From: an uncultured Chloroflexia bacterium
GTDB taxonomy: Bacteria > Chloroflexota > Limnocylindria > Limnocylindrales > CSP1-4
Direction: 5' to 3'
DNA length: 64,000 bases
Assembly (NCBI GenBank): GCA_963712745.1
Contig: CAVQJC010000005.1
Coordinates: forward strand, 32,001-96,000
The position numbers and the translations under genes were made by a program. Numbering within the stretch: position 1 is the stretch's first letter; each line of letters starts with the position of its first letter. This document shows positions 31,671-41,883 of the stretch, piece by piece. The notes beneath the pieces are model-generated. The model had not been told where the DNA came from and searched no databases. It saw only the letters and a list, made by a program, of their open reading frames with translations.

Positions 31671-33158
31671 CTATTCGGCCGGCTCGATCCCATCGGGGCA
31701 GATCTGGTTCTCGCCGACCACGGGATCGGCCCCCTCCACGACGAAGAGGTTGGACCTCCCGGAGCCGCAGACCGTGTTGCCCTCCAGTGTCGGCCGTGCT
31801 GGGACATCGATCACCATGCCCCATGAGCTGGCACCCTCGACGGTGTTGTCGACGACGGACGGGTCCCCAGCGACGATCTCGATGCCGATCCCCCCTTCAC
31901 GTACGGCGTTCCCGTCGATGGCGCCGGTCTCCGTGCTGCTCCACTGGATGGCCACATCGTTGCCGATGAGGTCGTTGCCCTCGACCGTCGCCACTGCTCC
32001 ATCGCTGACACTGATGCCGACGACGGAGCCGGTGACGGTGTTGCCGACGATGTGACCACTGCTGCCAGGCTCCCAGACCGCGATGGCTGCCTCACCTCTC
32101 CCGGACCGCGTGTCACGAACGACGTTGTCCTTCACGGTCATCGAGCTACCCGCGCCGATGCCGATGGACGCGTTAGTCAGATCGTTGCTCTCGATGATGC
32201 CCGTGAGGTCGAAGTCAAGGTGGAGGATGGCGCCATCGGGGAACGTGTTCCCGCGCACGACGGCCTCACCGGGACCATCCAGCGCCATGACGCTGCTGGT
32301 GATGGTGTTGCCTTCGAACGTGGGCGACGATCCGCCGCTGTGCAGGAAGCCGGTCCATGAGCTGTCCCGAACGACCGGGCTCGATCCCTCCTTGAACTGG
32401 AACGGGTACATGAAAAGCGCATCGCGGTAGGTTCCCGAGATCTCGGCGTCTGGATGGGGGACGACCGAGAGGTCGGCCAGCTCGGGTGCACCTCCGTCCA
32501 CTAGAACGCCGCCGCCCGCGAGCGGAACCACGATGGTGAGACCACGCAGGACCGCGTCGGCGCCTTGCAGGACGATGGGGAAGGAGATCTCCTCGTCCTC
32601 GTCATCGTCACTCAGGAAGACCTGCGCTGGGCCGCCGTCGGGGAACTCCACCACGATCTCTTCGCGCGGGCCGTCGCCGGCGAGCGTGATGTCCTTGTCG
32701 ATGAGCAGGTACTCGGTGTAGGTGCCGGCTGCGACGAGGATGGTGTCACCCTCCTCGGCCGCCGCCAGGGCATCGTTGATGGTCTGGTAGTCGCCGCTGC
32801 CGTCGGCTGCGACGCGATGGGTGGCGCCGCCTGCCGCGGGAACGGGGAGGGGCTCGCCGGCCCCCTGCGGGATCACGAGCATCGCCGCGAGCGCGAGCGC
32901 CGCCACGCTGGCGGCCACTGCCGTAGCACTGAACATGAGTCGGTTCCTCCGGTCGCTGCTATCGGGTGAGGTGTCGCCGCGCTCGGCGCTACGCGTCGCG
33001 CCGGACCGGCGACCGAACAACCGCCTCAGCCACCGGTGCTGCTGAGAGGTCCGTCCTGCTCGAGCCAGCGCCGAATCCAGGCTGCCGTGCGGCGGTGCGG
33101 CCGCGCGGTCGTCCAGCCAGTCGCTGACGATGCGCTCGAGCTCCTTGTTGGTGTTCAT
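31671..33158 (-). CDS. Membrane-anchored right-handed beta-helix (NosD/pectin-lyase-like) protein, putative anti-sigma factor
   Basis: Short N-terminal cytoplasmic region, one TM segment, VAADGSGDYQTINDAL, repeated GN(T/D) beta-helix coils; ATGA-coupled to the ECF sigma. Confidence 0.75.
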   Translation of the reverse strand: MNTNKELERIVSDWLDDRAAAPPHGSLDSALARAGRTSQQHRWLRRLFGRRSGATRSAERGDTSPDSSDRRNRLMFSATAVAASVAALALAAMLVIPQGAGEPLPVPAAGGATHRVAADGSGDYQTINDALAAAEEGDTILVAAGTYTEYLLIDKDITLAGDGPREEIVVEFPDGGPAQVFLSDDDEDEEISFPIVLQGADAVLRGLTIVVPLAGGGVLVDGGAPELADLSVVPHPDAEISGTYRDALFMYPFQFKEGSSPVVRDSSWTGFLHSGGSSPTFEGNTITSSVMALDGPGEAVVRGNTFPDGAILHLDFDLTGIIESNDLTNASIGIGAGSSMTVKDNVVRDTRSGRGEAAIAVWEPGSSGHIVGNTVTGSVVGISVSDGAVATVEGNDLIGNDVAIQWSSTETGAIDGNAVREGGIGIEIVAGDPSVVDNTVEGASSWGMVIDVPARPTLEGNTVCGSGRSNLFVVEGADPVVGENQICPDGIEPAE

Positions 33159-33715
33159 CGCGCCTTCTCCGGTGAGACTTCCCCATCGGGAAGTCGGGCG
33201 TCGGCCTCGAGAGCGGCGCGCAGGCCGGCCATGGCCCGATGGAGCCGTGAGTGGGCGGTGCCCTGCGGGATGCCCAGCACGTCGGCGACCTCGTGGAGCG
33301 GCAATCCCAGGTAGTGGTGCAGCACCACCACGGCGCGCTGCTCGATGGGCAGTCGGCAGAAGCCCCGCTCCAGCTGGTCCCGGTAGACCACGCCGGTGAT
33401 CGCTTCGGCCGCGCCCACGTCTTCGTCGCGCTCCGAGATGGGCGCGGGCAGCCAGCGCCGGGCCTTGCGTGCCTCGGCGTAGCAGGCATTCACCAGGATG
33501 CGGTACGACCAGGCCTCGAAGCGCCGCGCCTCTCGAAGCTGGGGCAGCTTGCGCCAGATGTCCACGACCGCCTGTTGCGAAGCGTCGTCGGCTCGGTCGA
33601 CATCGCCAAGGATGCTGTGCGCGACCCGGAACAAGCGGCTGTAGGTGCCCCTCGCGATCGACGCGAAGGCCTCGCGATCACCATCCTGTGCACGGACCAC
33701 GAGCTCGGCGTCCAT
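33155..33715 (-). CDS. ECF sigma-70 factor
   Basis: AQDGDREAF, region 2 WSYRILVN, region 4 EVADVLGIPQGTAHSRLHRA. Confidence 0.95.
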   Translation of the reverse strand: MDAELVVRAQDGDREAFASIARGTYSRLFRVAHSILGDVDRADDASQQAVVDIWRKLPQLREARRFEAWSYRILVNACYAEARKARRWLPAPISERDEDVGAAEAITGVVYRDQLERGFCRLPIEQRAVVVLHHYLGLPLHEVADVLGIPQGTAHSRLHRAMAGLRAALEADARLPDGEVSPEKAR

Positions 33716-33790
33716 CCCCCCGGTCTCTCCGACTGCCGTTCATGCAACGCCTTGGGGCGTCTCACACATAGATGAGTCGGCTCAGGCGCG

Positions 33791-35206
33791 CTATCTGTCC
33801 GTTTCTTCCCCGATTCTCCCGCGCGTGGCCAGCCGCACCGCCTCGGCCAGGCGTCCGAACTCGCGGTCGGCATCCACGTAGCGGTCGGCCACGAAGGCCA
33901 GCTCCACGCGCGCCCCGCTGATGCGGGCCCAGACCCGGCGGCGCGGGAAGTAGAAGGTCAGCACCAGGCCCGCGATGAGCAGGCCGAAGGCGATCCAGAT
34001 GACCGGTTGGCCCGGGTCATTCTTGATGACCATGCCCGACCAGCTGCCAACGCCGTCCCAGGTGATGGACTGGCCGGCCGTGACCTCGGGATCGGTGGTC
34101 ACGCCCATGGGGATGGCCGCCAGGAAGAGCGTCTCGTTCTGGCCGGCTTCGACATCGGCGGGACCGACCCCCTGCAGCACCAGCTGCGGCGTTCCGGCCG
34201 CGTCCTCGTTGAGCACGGCCACCAGTCCCACCTCCGCGCCGGGGACGGTCATGAAGCCCTGCGGGCGACCGAGCAGTTCGTCGTCGAGCAGCAGCGGTCC
34301 GCGCCAGACCAGGGCCCCGGAGGCATCGTGGATGGTGAGCTCGGCCGTGGGCCCGAAGGTGTTCTGGTGGAAGGCGAAGCCGTCGACGTTGAGCGGCTCA
34401 TTGACGCGGATGGTCTGGCGCGCGATCTCCTCGCCGTCACGATAGACCGAGAGGTCGGTTCGGAAGTCCTTGAACGTGCCGTCCGCGCGACGCGGTGCGA
34501 AGAAGGCGTTGTTCTTGACCAGCAGGTTGCCGGGCGTGCCCACCGCTCGCACCGGCGCGGTCTCGCCCTCGCCCACGAAGACGACGGTCTCGAAGCCGGC
34601 CGCGACGGTCACGGCTCCCCCGAGGAGGAAGAGCACCAGGCCGGCGTGGGTCAGCAGCGTGGCCAGCTTCTGGAACTGGTTGCGATCGCCGTAGAGGATG
34701 GTGGCGCCCTCGACATCGGCCGAGCGCTGGCGCCGGAAGTGACGCTTGCGGAACGCACCGCGCACCGCTTCGACGGCCCCCTCCCCGGCACCTTCGATGA
34801 CGGCGCGATGGCTGCGGCCGGGATCGAAGAACGCCGCCGGCTGCCCGAGGCGGAGGTGGCTGACGCTGCGCCAGAGCCGGGGTGTGCGGTCGAGCGTGCA
34901 GCAGATGATGGAGATGACCAGCACGGTCATGAGCAGCAGGAACCAGGGCGTGGAGAAGACGCTGAAGAGCCCCAGCGTGTCGAAGGCAGCCACGATGAAG
35001 GCACCCGCCGGCAGCGGATCCCAGGCCGCGTGCATGGTCGCCAGCTCGGCCGCGTAGCGGGCCGGGTCGTCGGCCGCGGTCACGGGGAACTGGCGCACGA
35101 GCATGCCCACCAGACCGGACAGGGCGAGCAGCGTGATGAGCAGGACGGCGAAGCGGACGTCGGTCAGCAGGCGCCAGGCAGCCGCCCCCATCCGCGCCAG
35201 GATCAT
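33791..35206 (-). CDS. resB: Cytochrome c biogenesis protein ResB/Ccs1
   Basis: VFSTPWF, IICCTLDR, conserved His in LLTHAGL, IRVNEPL, NDPG..TM..FYFPRRRVW. Confidence 0.85.
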   Translation of the reverse strand: MILARMGAAAWRLLTDVRFAVLLITLLALSGLVGMLVRQFPVTAADDPARYAAELATMHAAWDPLPAGAFIVAAFDTLGLFSVFSTPWFLLLMTVLVISIICCTLDRTPRLWRSVSHLRLGQPAAFFDPGRSHRAVIEGAGEGAVEAVRGAFRKRHFRRQRSADVEGATILYGDRNQFQKLATLLTHAGLVLFLLGGAVTVAAGFETVVFVGEGETAPVRAVGTPGNLLVKNNAFFAPRRADGTFKDFRTDLSVYRDGEEIARQTIRVNEPLNVDGFAFHQNTFGPTAELTIHDASGALVWRGPLLLDDELLGRPQGFMTVPGAEVGLVAVLNEDAAGTPQLVLQGVGPADVEAGQNETLFLAAIPMGVTTDPEVTAGQSITWDGVGSWSGMVIKNDPGQPVIWIAFGLLIAGLVLTFYFPRRRVWARISGARVELAFVADRYVDADREFGRLAEAVRLATRGRIGEETDR

Positions 35207-35208
35207 GG

Positions 35209-36417
35209 TCAGCTGCCGAGGCCGGCCTCGGCAGCAGCGACGAGCGCGGTGGCCATGTCGGCCAGCAGGTCGTCCACATCCTCCAGTCCGACCGAGATGC
35301 GCACCATGCCGGGCGGGATGCCGGCCGCCAGCAGCTGCTCCTCGTCGAGCTGCCGATGCGTGGCCGTCGGCGGATGGACCGCGTAGGTCACGACGCTGCC
35401 GAGCGTGGCCGTGACCGGCGGGATGGCAAGGCCGTCGATGAAGGCCGCGGCGGCGTCACGAGTGGCCAGCTGGAGCGCGAGCATGCCGCCGCCGGCTCGC
35501 AGCTCACGCTGGGCGATCTCGGCCTGCGGATGACTGAGCAGGCCGGGGTAGACCACGCTCGATACGCCCGGCGCACGCTCGAGCTGCTGGGCCAGCGCCA
35601 GCGCGGAGGCGGAGTGGCGGTCCATGCGCACGTGGAGCGTCTGCATCCCGCGCAGCACCAGGAAGGCACTGAAGGGTGCGGCGATGCCGCCGGTGTCGAT
35701 GGCCACGTCGCGCACCCGCTCGACCCAGGCCCGGCTTCCGGCCACGGCCCCGGCCAAGACGTCGGAGTGGCCGCTGAGCCACTTGGTGGCCGACTCGACG
35801 ACGATATCGGCCCCCAGCTCGAGGGGCCGGCAGAGGTACGGCGAGGCGAACGTGTTGTCCACCACCAGGAGGGCGTCGTGGCCATGGGCGAGCTCGGCCA
35901 GGCGTTCGAGGTCGGCCACCACGATGGTGGGGTTGGAGATGGTCTCGGCATAGAGCACGCGGGCGGGCGCGACCGCCAGCTCCTGCTCCACTGCCTCGAG
36001 GTCGGTGGGATCGACGAAGGTGACCTCCACGCCCAGCGGCCGCAGCACCCGCTCCATCAGTGCCCGCGTGCTGCCATACACCGCCTGGGTGCAGACGATG
36101 CGGTCGCCGGCGCGGACCAGCGAGAAGAGCGCAGCATGGATGGCACCCATGCCCGAGCCGAAGGCGAACCCGGCCTCCGCCCCGTGCATCTCGGCGAAGG
36201 CCGCGGCCATGGCATCGGCAGTGGGGTTCTCGATGCGCGCGTAGGTGTAGCCGGGCTTCTCGAAGCCGATCAGCGCGGCATAGTCGTCGACATCCTGGGC
36301 GTGGAACGTGGCCGACTGGTAGATGGGCACCGCGGCCGGCTGCTGCTCCACGCGTGGAGCACGGGTGGCGGCCTTGATGGCGCGCGTGCCGAAGCCGAGA
36401 TGCTGCTCGTCCATCAC
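35209..36417 (-). CDS. Cys/Met metabolism PLP-dependent enzyme (methionine gamma-lyase / cystathionine gamma-synthase family)
   Basis: PIYQSATF, YARIENPT, SGMGA, VDNTFASP, SATKWLSGHSD. Confidence 0.93.
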   Translation of the reverse strand: MMDEQHLGFGTRAIKAATRAPRVEQQPAAVPIYQSATFHAQDVDDYAALIGFEKPGYTYARIENPTADAMAAAFAEMHGAEAGFAFGSGMGAIHAALFSLVRAGDRIVCTQAVYGSTRALMERVLRPLGVEVTFVDPTDLEAVEQELAVAPARVLYAETISNPTIVVADLERLAELAHGHDALLVVDNTFASPYLCRPLELGADIVVESATKWLSGHSDVLAGAVAGSRAWVERVRDVAIDTGGIAAPFSAFLVLRGMQTLHVRMDRHSASALALAQQLERAPGVSSVVYPGLLSHPQAEIAQRELRAGGGMLALQLATRDAAAAFIDGLAIPPVTATLGSVVTYAVHPPTATHRQLDEEQLLAAGIPPGMVRISVGLEDVDDLLADMATALVAAAEAGLGS

Positions 36418-37541
36418 AGCCCGCCCCGCCCCGGCCGGATCTCCTCGATCGATTCCATGTCGCAGACGACCTCGTCTTCCTCGGATGAGCGCACCAGCGC
36501 GATGGGGCGAGGTGGTGGCGTGGGCGCGCCCGTCGCACCCGCCGTCCCCTCGCTGGCGTCGGCCACGGCCACCGAGCCGACTCCCACGGTGGTGTAGTGG
36601 CGCAGGAACGCCTGCATCGCCAGGAACACGCCCTCGCGGCTGATGTCGCGCAGGTCATCACCGTAGAAGCGGCCCTGCGCATGCTGCCCGGTGATCATCT
36701 CGTAGGAGGGGAAGTAGTCGACCCTCTCGTGGCTGTCCACGATCGACTGCACGGCCACGCGCAGGACGCTCTTGCTGTAGGTAGTCGAGACCAGCACGTG
36801 GCGCGGCTCGAAGGTGGCGATGAGGGGCACCGGTGAGACGGTCAGGATGACGCGGCTGGCGGGGTTGATGGCTCGCAGGTCGGCCAGGAATGCCCGCAGG
36901 TCCTCCTCGACCTCGGCCACGCTGACGTTGACGAACTCGTGCTCCCCGGGGTCGTAGGAGCCGCCGGCCACGCCCGGCGCCAGCGGGTAGACCGTACCCT
37001 CCCGTCGCGAGCGCCAGGTCTCGGTCAGGCCCAGGGTGAAGACGAAGATGTCGAGCTCCTCGAACATGCGGCGGACATGGGCGAGGTGTCGGGCGCGGGC
37101 CTCGAGCATCTCGGCCTGCGTGGCGAACCCCGCAGGCTCGACCAGCGGCCGCAGCGGGTCGACCACCCGGCCGTCCTCCCTGCGCCATTCCGCGCCGTGG
37201 TCCGGATTGCGGCGACCGGTGGCCTCGAGCAGCAGCTGGCGCAGCTGGCGCACGGTGTAGATGTTGCCGTAGCGGCAGGAGAAGACCCCGAAGTTGCGCT
37301 TCCGCGCCTCCTCGTCACCGAGGCCTTCAGGGGCCGCCTCGACGACCCAGTAGTCGAGGCCCGAGGCCATCAGCGAGCGCGAGATGTGCTGGGCGAAGCA
37401 CGAGCCGGCGGTGGCCACGCGGTCGCCGGGGCCGATGACGAACGAAGGGGGTCCCACGGGATCCACGGCGAAGAGCTCCATGCGCGCCATCGACCGACGC
37501 CAGAAGCGCTCGTCGGGAAGGCCACGATAGGGGTTCGTCAT
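36414..37541 (-). CDS. GSCFA domain-containing protein
   Basis: AGSCFAQHI, FTLGLTETW, TVSPVPL, SKSVLR, YFPSYE. Confidence 0.9.
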   Translation of the reverse strand: MTNPYRGLPDERFWRRSMARMELFAVDPVGPPSFVIGPGDRVATAGSCFAQHISRSLMASGLDYWVVEAAPEGLGDEEARKRNFGVFSCRYGNIYTVRQLRQLLLEATGRRNPDHGAEWRREDGRVVDPLRPLVEPAGFATQAEMLEARARHLAHVRRMFEELDIFVFTLGLTETWRSRREGTVYPLAPGVAGGSYDPGEHEFVNVSVAEVEEDLRAFLADLRAINPASRVILTVSPVPLIATFEPRHVLVSTTYSKSVLRVAVQSIVDSHERVDYFPSYEMITGQHAQGRFYGDDLRDISREGVFLAMQAFLRHYTTVGVGSVAVADASEGTAGATGAPTPPPRPIALVRSSEEDEVVCDMESIEEIRPGRGGL

Positions 37542-38386
37542 CGCCATTCTCCGATCGTGGCCAGGACCCGCTGTTCACGCTCCTGGAGGTGCTCCAGCAC
37601 GATCGTGTCCGGCGGGATCGAACGGTATGCCTGGTAGCTCCGGTGGACCAGCTCGTCCAGCTCCCAGTGGTGCGTCTCCCTCGATGGCTTGAAGCGGAAT
37701 GCACCCGGCAGGCCGAGCCGATCGGCGATGCCGGGATAGGGCGAGATCACCACGGCCTTGGCCAGGTTGTCCGGCAGGTCGGCCGCCACTCGTGACCATT
37801 CGGCGCCGATCGAGCCCAGCGCGGCGCGGGCGACATCGGCCAGGACCCAGATCTTGGGGTGGTTGTGCGTGTGCATGAAGACGCCGCGACGGACCCACCC
37901 ATAGAAGCGGTCCACCAGCGGCAGGCCCGTCTCGTCGAACCGGCCAAAGAGGATCTCCCGTGACGCCGACCACACGTCGAGGTAACCCGCCTGCGCGAAG
38001 AAGCGCGCGTCGTACAGCCGGAGCGCCTCCTCCTCGCTGAGGCCGCTGCGGAAGGCTGCGAACGCGATGAGCGAGTGGTAGTCACCCAGCGGCCCCGTGA
38101 CATTGGTGGAGCCACTCTTGAGGTAGACGATATCGGGGTGGAACCCCCAGAACGTGACGATCGGGACGAGCGAGATCCTCTCCGGGGGTAGCAGGCCCTC
38201 CAGCCCGGGCGCCACCGAGGTGATGGCGAAGACGTGCTCGTAGTCCCGTTTGAGGCGCTCCTTGATGGTCCGGTCCTGCTGGAGCTCGGGCAAGGTGAAG
38301 GCGTCACAAGACACGCCCACGCCCACGTTCTCGATGGAATTGGCCAGACCGAACGCCTGGCAGTTGGAAACGACGGCGACGCGCAT
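37538..38386 (-). CDS. WcbI-like polysaccharide biosynthesis protein
   Basis: SNCQA, FWGFHPD, DYHS, FMHTHNHP. Confidence 0.75.
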   Translation of the reverse strand: MRVAVVSNCQAFGLANSIENVGVGVSCDAFTLPELQQDRTIKERLKRDYEHVFAITSVAPGLEGLLPPERISLVPIVTFWGFHPDIVYLKSGSTNVTGPLGDYHSLIAFAAFRSGLSEEEALRLYDARFFAQAGYLDVWSASREILFGRFDETGLPLVDRFYGWVRRGVFMHTHNHPKIWVLADVARAALGSIGAEWSRVAADLPDNLAKAVVISPYPGIADRLGLPGAFRFKPSRETHHWELDELVHRSYQAYRSIPPDTIVLEHLQEREQRVLATIGEWR

Positions 38387-38454
38387 CAGCAGCTCACGGT
38401 CCCTCAGGTTGGGGTCGAGGCATCAAGCCTGCCACAGTCCGCGCCGGCGCAGCG

Positions 38455-40299
38455 CTAGCGAGTCGTTCGCGGCGGTTCCTCGTCGGGCTCGATGGGCAGG
38501 GCGATCCAGGGCCGCTCCTCGCCACCACGCAGCTCCTCGGTGCGACTGATGCCGTCCTTGGTGCTGCGATCGCTTGCACCACGGCCGGCCGCGGTGCCGC
38601 GGTCGGTACGCAGCTCAGGCGCCGGGCGCCCGCGGGCGCCATCGTCTACTTCCGAGCCGGGGCGAGGCGGTTCGGGCGTCCAACCCTCGGTCCTGGTGAG
38701 CCAGGGCTGGTCGGGCGCTTCCACCGCCGTCCGCAGGCGGCTCGGTGGCTCGGGTGGCTCGTCGGTCGGGCGACTGTCGGTTCGCGGGCGCGGCTCGGGC
38801 CAGGCTGTCGGGGTCGTCTCGGTGGCCCAGGGTGTGGTGACGTCCTCGTCGAACTCGACGTGGATGGCTGAACGGTCGGATCGCCGGCGTGACGAGGATG
38901 AGGAGCTCGGATCGGCCGGTGGGGCCTCCGGCTGGCGGCCAGCACCTTCGCTCGCCCCCCAGGGGACGGGATCGCCGCCGGTGCGGACGTCCTCCGCGGG
39001 TGCCAGCTGTACGAGCTGGCTCGACTCGGCGTCGATGGCTGTGGCCACCCGCTCGGTGCGTGTCTGGTAGCCGACGATGCGGTTCTTGCCCCGGCGCTTG
39101 GACTCGTACATGGCTACGTCCGCGGCGGCCACGAGCTGCTCGATGGTGCTGCCGTCGTCGGGGTAGGTCACCAGGCCGATCGAAACGGAGGAACGCACGT
39201 TGCGGTCAGCCGCGTTGAGGGTGAGGGAGTAGATGTCGCGGCGCAGCTTCTCAGCCACCACGTAGCCGCCGGCCGTGTCTGTCTCGGGCAGCAGGATCAC
39301 GAACTCGTCGCCACCGTAGCGAGCAGCGGCGTCGGTGAAGCGGACGGTGCGGCGGATGGTGTCGGCGATGCCCTTGAGCAGCCGGTCGCCCCACTGGTGC
39401 CCGAACGTGTCGTTGACCGGCTTGAGGTCGTCGAGGTCGAGCATGAGCATGGTGAAGCCGCGGCCCATGCGGTCCGAGCGGCGGATCTCCTGCTCCATGG
39501 TGGTGAAGAAGAAGGCTCGGTTGTAGAGCCCGGTCAGGGCGTCGAAGCGAGACGCACGCAGGGCCTCGTCGCGGGCATGGCGCTGAGAACGTGCGGCGGC
39601 GGTGGCGATGTCGGCGAGCAGGATGAGCGAGACCGCGTTGATGCCGATCCAGGCCAGCGACTCGGGCGCGATGGGCGCGTCGATGGCGTCGATGAGCCCG
39701 ACCACCGCGATGGTGGCGGCACCCACCACGGCCACGGCCAGCGGGGCGCGCCCCTCGGTCGAGAGCGCAGTGCCGGCCACGACCAGGAAGAAGCCCACCA
39801 GGAAGGGGCTGCCGGCACCACCGGTGAGGGCCATGAGCAGGCCCAGGAACACCAGCGCGCCGATGCCCTCGGCCGGGCGCCGGTAGCGGCCCAGCGCGGA
39901 CGGCGGGACCATGTCCATGAACAGGACGACCAGGAGCATGCCCGCGGCCACCAAGGTGAAGATGGCTGCTTCGCTGTCCGGCCAGGCGTCGGTGAGCGCC
40001 ACCACCACGGCAGTGGCCGCGAGGAACAGGAAGGCCACGACGCGCGCGACCTGGCGGGTGCTGGCGGGCGTGATGAACGAGGTGCTGGTGCGCATGGGGT
40101 TGCCCGCGCCGGCCTGGCTGTTGGCGAGACCGGGGTCGGCGGGATCGTCGTCGCGTTCACGGTTGCCGGGGGGGTCCGGCCCGGCGAGGGGGCGGTCAGA
40201 GCCGCGTGCGACCTGCGCGGTCGCATAGGCCACCGTCACCGCGACCCCGGCGATGACGATAAGCCCGACGACGAGCAGGATGATCTGGTCTGCGGACAC
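38455..40299 (-). CDS. Membrane-bound diguanylate cyclase with low-complexity C-terminal tail
   Basis: Multiple TM segments, DALTGLYNR, DLDDLKPVND, RYGGDEF, ADVAMYESK. Confidence 0.93.
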   Translation of the reverse strand: MSADQIILLVVGLIVIAGVAVTVAYATAQVARGSDRPLAGPDPPGNRERDDDPADPGLANSQAGAGNPMRTSTSFITPASTRQVARVVAFLFLAATAVVVALTDAWPDSEAAIFTLVAAGMLLVVLFMDMVPPSALGRYRRPAEGIGALVFLGLLMALTGGAGSPFLVGFFLVVAGTALSTEGRAPLAVAVVGAATIAVVGLIDAIDAPIAPESLAWIGINAVSLILLADIATAAARSQRHARDEALRASRFDALTGLYNRAFFFTTMEQEIRRSDRMGRGFTMLMLDLDDLKPVNDTFGHQWGDRLLKGIADTIRRTVRFTDAAARYGGDEFVILLPETDTAGGYVVAEKLRRDIYSLTLNAADRNVRSSVSIGLVTYPDDGSTIEQLVAAADVAMYESKRRGKNRIVGYQTRTERVATAIDAESSQLVQLAPAEDVRTGGDPVPWGASEGAGRQPEAPPADPSSSSSSRRRSDRSAIHVEFDEDVTTPWATETTPTAWPEPRPRTDSRPTDEPPEPPSRLRTAVEAPDQPWLTRTEGWTPEPPRPGSEVDDGARGRPAPELRTDRGTAAGRGASDRSTKDGISRTEELRGGEERPWIALPIEPDEEPPRTTR

Positions 40300-40465
40300 G
40301 CACTACTCCGCTACCCGCGCTCGCAGGCTGGTCGTGGTGAGGCAGGCAGGGCCACCACAAGTACTCCCTTCACGCTGGCCGAATGGTACTGCCCTGGCGT
40401 GAGTCGCCGCGCCACCTCGAGGCTGCTAGTGTGGACCACAGGCAACGTCACGCGCTGAGGAAGTC

Positions 40466-40765
40466 ATGAGCGAACAAGCCCGATCCGAACAGGCCTGCCC
40501 CGTCTGCTCGCAGCACACGCTGGCCCTAGACACACCACCTGAGATCGACGTCATGGGCGTCCAGCAGTACAGCGACATGCTGGGTATGGGCGACCTCCAG
40601 AACGAGGGTGCGGTGGGCATCGTCTGCCTCAACTGCCAGACGCACTGGCGTGACAAGGGCGCCTTCGACCGAGGCGAGCCGGACCCGGACGTTGGCACGG
40701 ACATGGGCTCGGAGGTCGAGCTCGAGGACGGCGAGGGCGGCGGGGAGGCCGGCGGCGGGGAGTAA
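40466..40765 (+). CDS. Small acidic protein with two CxxC motifs (zinc-ribbon-like)
   Basis: CPVC...CLNC; RBS GAGGA. Confidence 0.7.
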   Translation: MSEQARSEQACPVCSQHTLALDTPPEIDVMGVQQYSDMLGMGDLQNEGAVGIVCLNCQTHWRDKGAFDRGEPDPDVGTDMGSEVELEDGEGGGEAGGGE

Positions 40766-40785
40766 CCTCGGGGGCTCTGCCGACT

Positions 40786-41139
40786 CTAGGCTCCGCGCTG
40801 CCCCCAGAAGAACATCAGGCCGAGACTGATCATCACAGCCAGCCCGAAGAGGATGGCCAGGATCCAGCTCACCGCGAAGCCGAAGGCGAGCGCACCGGCG
40901 AACCAGATGACGAGTTCGACCACCAGCCGGAGCGGATCGTCGAGTCGGCGTGAGGCCTTGGGGGCCACCAACAGGCCCCAGACGACCATCACGGCCAGGG
41001 GCATGCCCAGGGCCAGGATCAGCTGGATGGCCAGGCTGTCTGATAGCGACATGCCCAAGAGGAAGAGCGCCAGCAGCACAAGCATCTCGAGGATGAAGCG
41101 GAAGGCGAGATTCAGGTTCTTCATCGATCGCTCATTCAT
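40786..41139 (-). CDS. YrdB/DUF2568-like membrane protein
   Basis: NLAFRFILE, WGLLVAPKA, LRLVVEL. Confidence 0.8.
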   Translation of the reverse strand: MNERSMKNLNLAFRFILEMLVLLALFLLGMSLSDSLAIQLILALGMPLAVMVVWGLLVAPKASRRLDDPLRLVVELVIWFAGALAFGFAVSWILAILFGLAVMISLGLMFFWGQRGA

Positions 41140-41635
41140 GGGCATCCTCCCTCCGAGCCAGCTCGGCCAGTCGCTCGGCCTCCTCGCGCTCTTCCGTCGC
41201 GCGGGTCTCGGCTTCCAGCTTGAGGAGCTGCACGAGGGCGTCGAGGACTCGTTGCAGGCGTTCCTGCATCCGGCGTCGCACCAATCGAACGGCGAGGCCG
41301 GTCATCTCGGCGCGGACGGCGACGCGGGTCCCGGCCGAGCCGGACGCGAGGTTCCACGTCTGGCGCTCACCGAACACAAGGACGCGACCCTTCCATGAAA
41401 GCGTCCTGGGCGCGTCGACCTCGGTGATGCGGCACTTGAGCGTGCCGATCTCGGTCGAGAAGCGGAACCCGGCGCCGACCTCGAGCTCAGCGTCGAAGAC
41501 GGCGTGTCGCACCGCGGGGTTCCAGGTAGGCCACGAGGCGATGTCGGCGATGACCGTCCAGACCTCGCGGTCCGGCGCCGCGATGTCTATCTCCGCGAAC
41601 GCGCTCACGGGTGCTGACGACCGGGTCTGCTCCAC
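41132..41635 (-). CDS. SRPBCC (polyketide cyclase-like) protein
   Basis: IDIAAPDREVWTVIADIASWPTWNP. Confidence 0.85.
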   Translation of the reverse strand: MEQTRSSAPVSAFAEIDIAAPDREVWTVIADIASWPTWNPAVRHAVFDAELEVGAGFRFSTEIGTLKCRITEVDAPRTLSWKGRVLVFGERQTWNLASGSAGTRVAVRAEMTGLAVRLVRRRMQERLQRVLDALVQLLKLEAETRATEEREEAERLAELARREDAHE

Positions 41636-41678
41636 CGGCCGATGCTACCGCGGCCGCGGGCGGGCCGGTGCGAGAAGG

Positions 41679-41753
41679 TGGTCGGGGTGGCGGGGATCGA
41701 ACCCGCGACCTCATGCTCCCAAAGCATGTGCGCTACCTCTGCGCTACACCCCG
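41679..41753 (-). tRNA. tRNA-Pro (anticodon TGG), intact with encoded CCA
   Basis: CGGGGTG/CACCCCG acceptor stem, GCGC D-stem, CATGC-TTTGGGA-GCATG anticodon arm, GCGGG-TTCGATC-CCCGC T arm, ACCA end; 75 nt. Confidence 0.98.
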
Positions 41754-41829
41754 ATGGTGTTCGTGCGTGGATAGGGTACACAGCGCGGCTCGATGACGAC
41801 ACCGATGGGGCCTACACGGCTCGAACCGC
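41754..41829 (-). promoter_or_regulatory. tRNA upstream region, equal to the right arm of the array repeat; -10-like TACCCT at 41773-41778
   Basis: Homologous to the right arm of the array repeats; -10-like hexamer 19 nt upstream of the mature tRNA 5' end. Confidence 0.7.
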
Positions 41830-41883
41830 GGTATCGTCGGGCAGCCTGCGCGCGATGGAAATGCCGGAGTGGGCAGCCACAGA

